A stretch of 32,000 nucleotides of DNA, taken from assembly GCF_000341395.1 (NCBI RefSeq), contig NC_020304.1, forward strand, positions 2,280,001 to 2,312,000, written 5' to 3'. A program made the translations under genes and the position numbers. Shown piece after piece: positions 31,475 through 32,000 of this stretch (position 1 is the first letter of the stretch; each line of letters starts with the position of its first letter). This DNA is from Desulfocapsa sulfexigens DSM 10523 (lineage in GTDB: Bacteria > Desulfobacterota > Desulfobulbia > Desulfobulbales > Desulfocapsaceae). The notes under the pieces were generated by a model. It was not told the origin of the DNA. It was given only the letters and a program-made list of their open reading frames with translations, and searched no databases.

Positions 31475-32000
31475 ATGGCTGATAAAGAAAGTCTTTCCGA
31501 TGTGCGCAATATTGGTATAATGGCCCATATTGACGCTGGGAAAACTACAACAACTGAACGGATATTGTATTACACAGGCCGATCTTATAAGATTGGTGAG
31601 GTTCATGATGGTGCTGCCGTCATGGACTGGATGGAACAGGAACAGGAGCGGGGGATTACAATTACCTCTGCCGCTACAAGCTGTGCCTGGAAATCCAAAA
31701 GGATTAATATCATTGATACGCCTGGTCATGTCGATTTTACCGTTGAGGTGGAACGATCCCTGCGTGTGCTCGATGGCGCTGTGGCAGTTTTTTGTGCCGT
31801 AGGTGGTGTTGAGCCACAGTCCGAAACGGTTTGGCGACAGGCTGAAAGATACGGGATACCTCGAATAGCGTTCATCAATAAGATGGATCGGGTCGGGGCT
31901 GATTTTGATCGGGTTGTTGCAATGATGGAGAAACGACTGGGGGCAAATCCGGTTGTTCTTCAGATTCCTGTCGGAAAAGAGTCAGAGTTTGAGGGTGTTG
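31475..32000 (+). CDS. fusA: translation elongation factor G, 5' portion (truncated by window end)
   Basis: Open frame to the window end, not in the supplied track: [103 protein letters not shown]..., [10 protein letters not shown]. Confidence 0.96.
   Translation, partial: MADKESLSDVRNIGIMAHIDAGKTTTTERILYYTGRSYKIGEVHDGAAVMDWMEQEQERGITITSAATSCAWKSKRINIIDTPGHVDFTVEVERSLRVLDGAVAVFCAVGGVEPQSETVWRQAERYGIPRIAFINKMDRVGADFDRVVAMMEKRLGANPVVLQIPVGKESEFEGV

Overview
The window looks like a core (housekeeping) region of a Desulfobacterota sulfate reducer or sulfur disproportionator; the lineage is inferred only from gene content. All protein-coding genes I can support are on the + strand. In order: a TPR protein, a zinc-ribbon/HEAT-like protein and a second TPR protein; riboflavin genes ribE, ribBA, ribH; nusB; an FtsK/SpoIIIE translocase; the dissimilatory sulfur cluster aprB-aprA-qmoA-qmoB-qmoC; the tRNA cluster Thr(TGT)-Tyr(GTA)-Gly(TCC)-Thr(GGT); tuf; rpmG (49 aa, missing from the supplied ORF track); tRNA-Trp(CCA); secE; nusG; rplK; rplA; an L10-leader-type region; rplJ (TTG start); rplL; rpoB; rpoC (GTG start); rpsL; rpsG; and the 5' part of fusA, which runs off the end. 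I found no mobile element, CRISPR array, defence system or toxin-antitoxin pair, and no convincing new multi-gene system. The items most worth a second look are the uncharacterised TPR/Zn-ribbon-HEAT/TPR module coupled to the riboflavin genes, the roughly 200-nt aprBA leader with a near-consensus promoter and a small hydrophobic ORF, and structured RNA elements between genes (aprA/qmoA, qmoB/qmoC, rplK/rplA, rplA/rplJ, rplL/rpoB). All homology calls come from recognising protein motifs, not from database searches.
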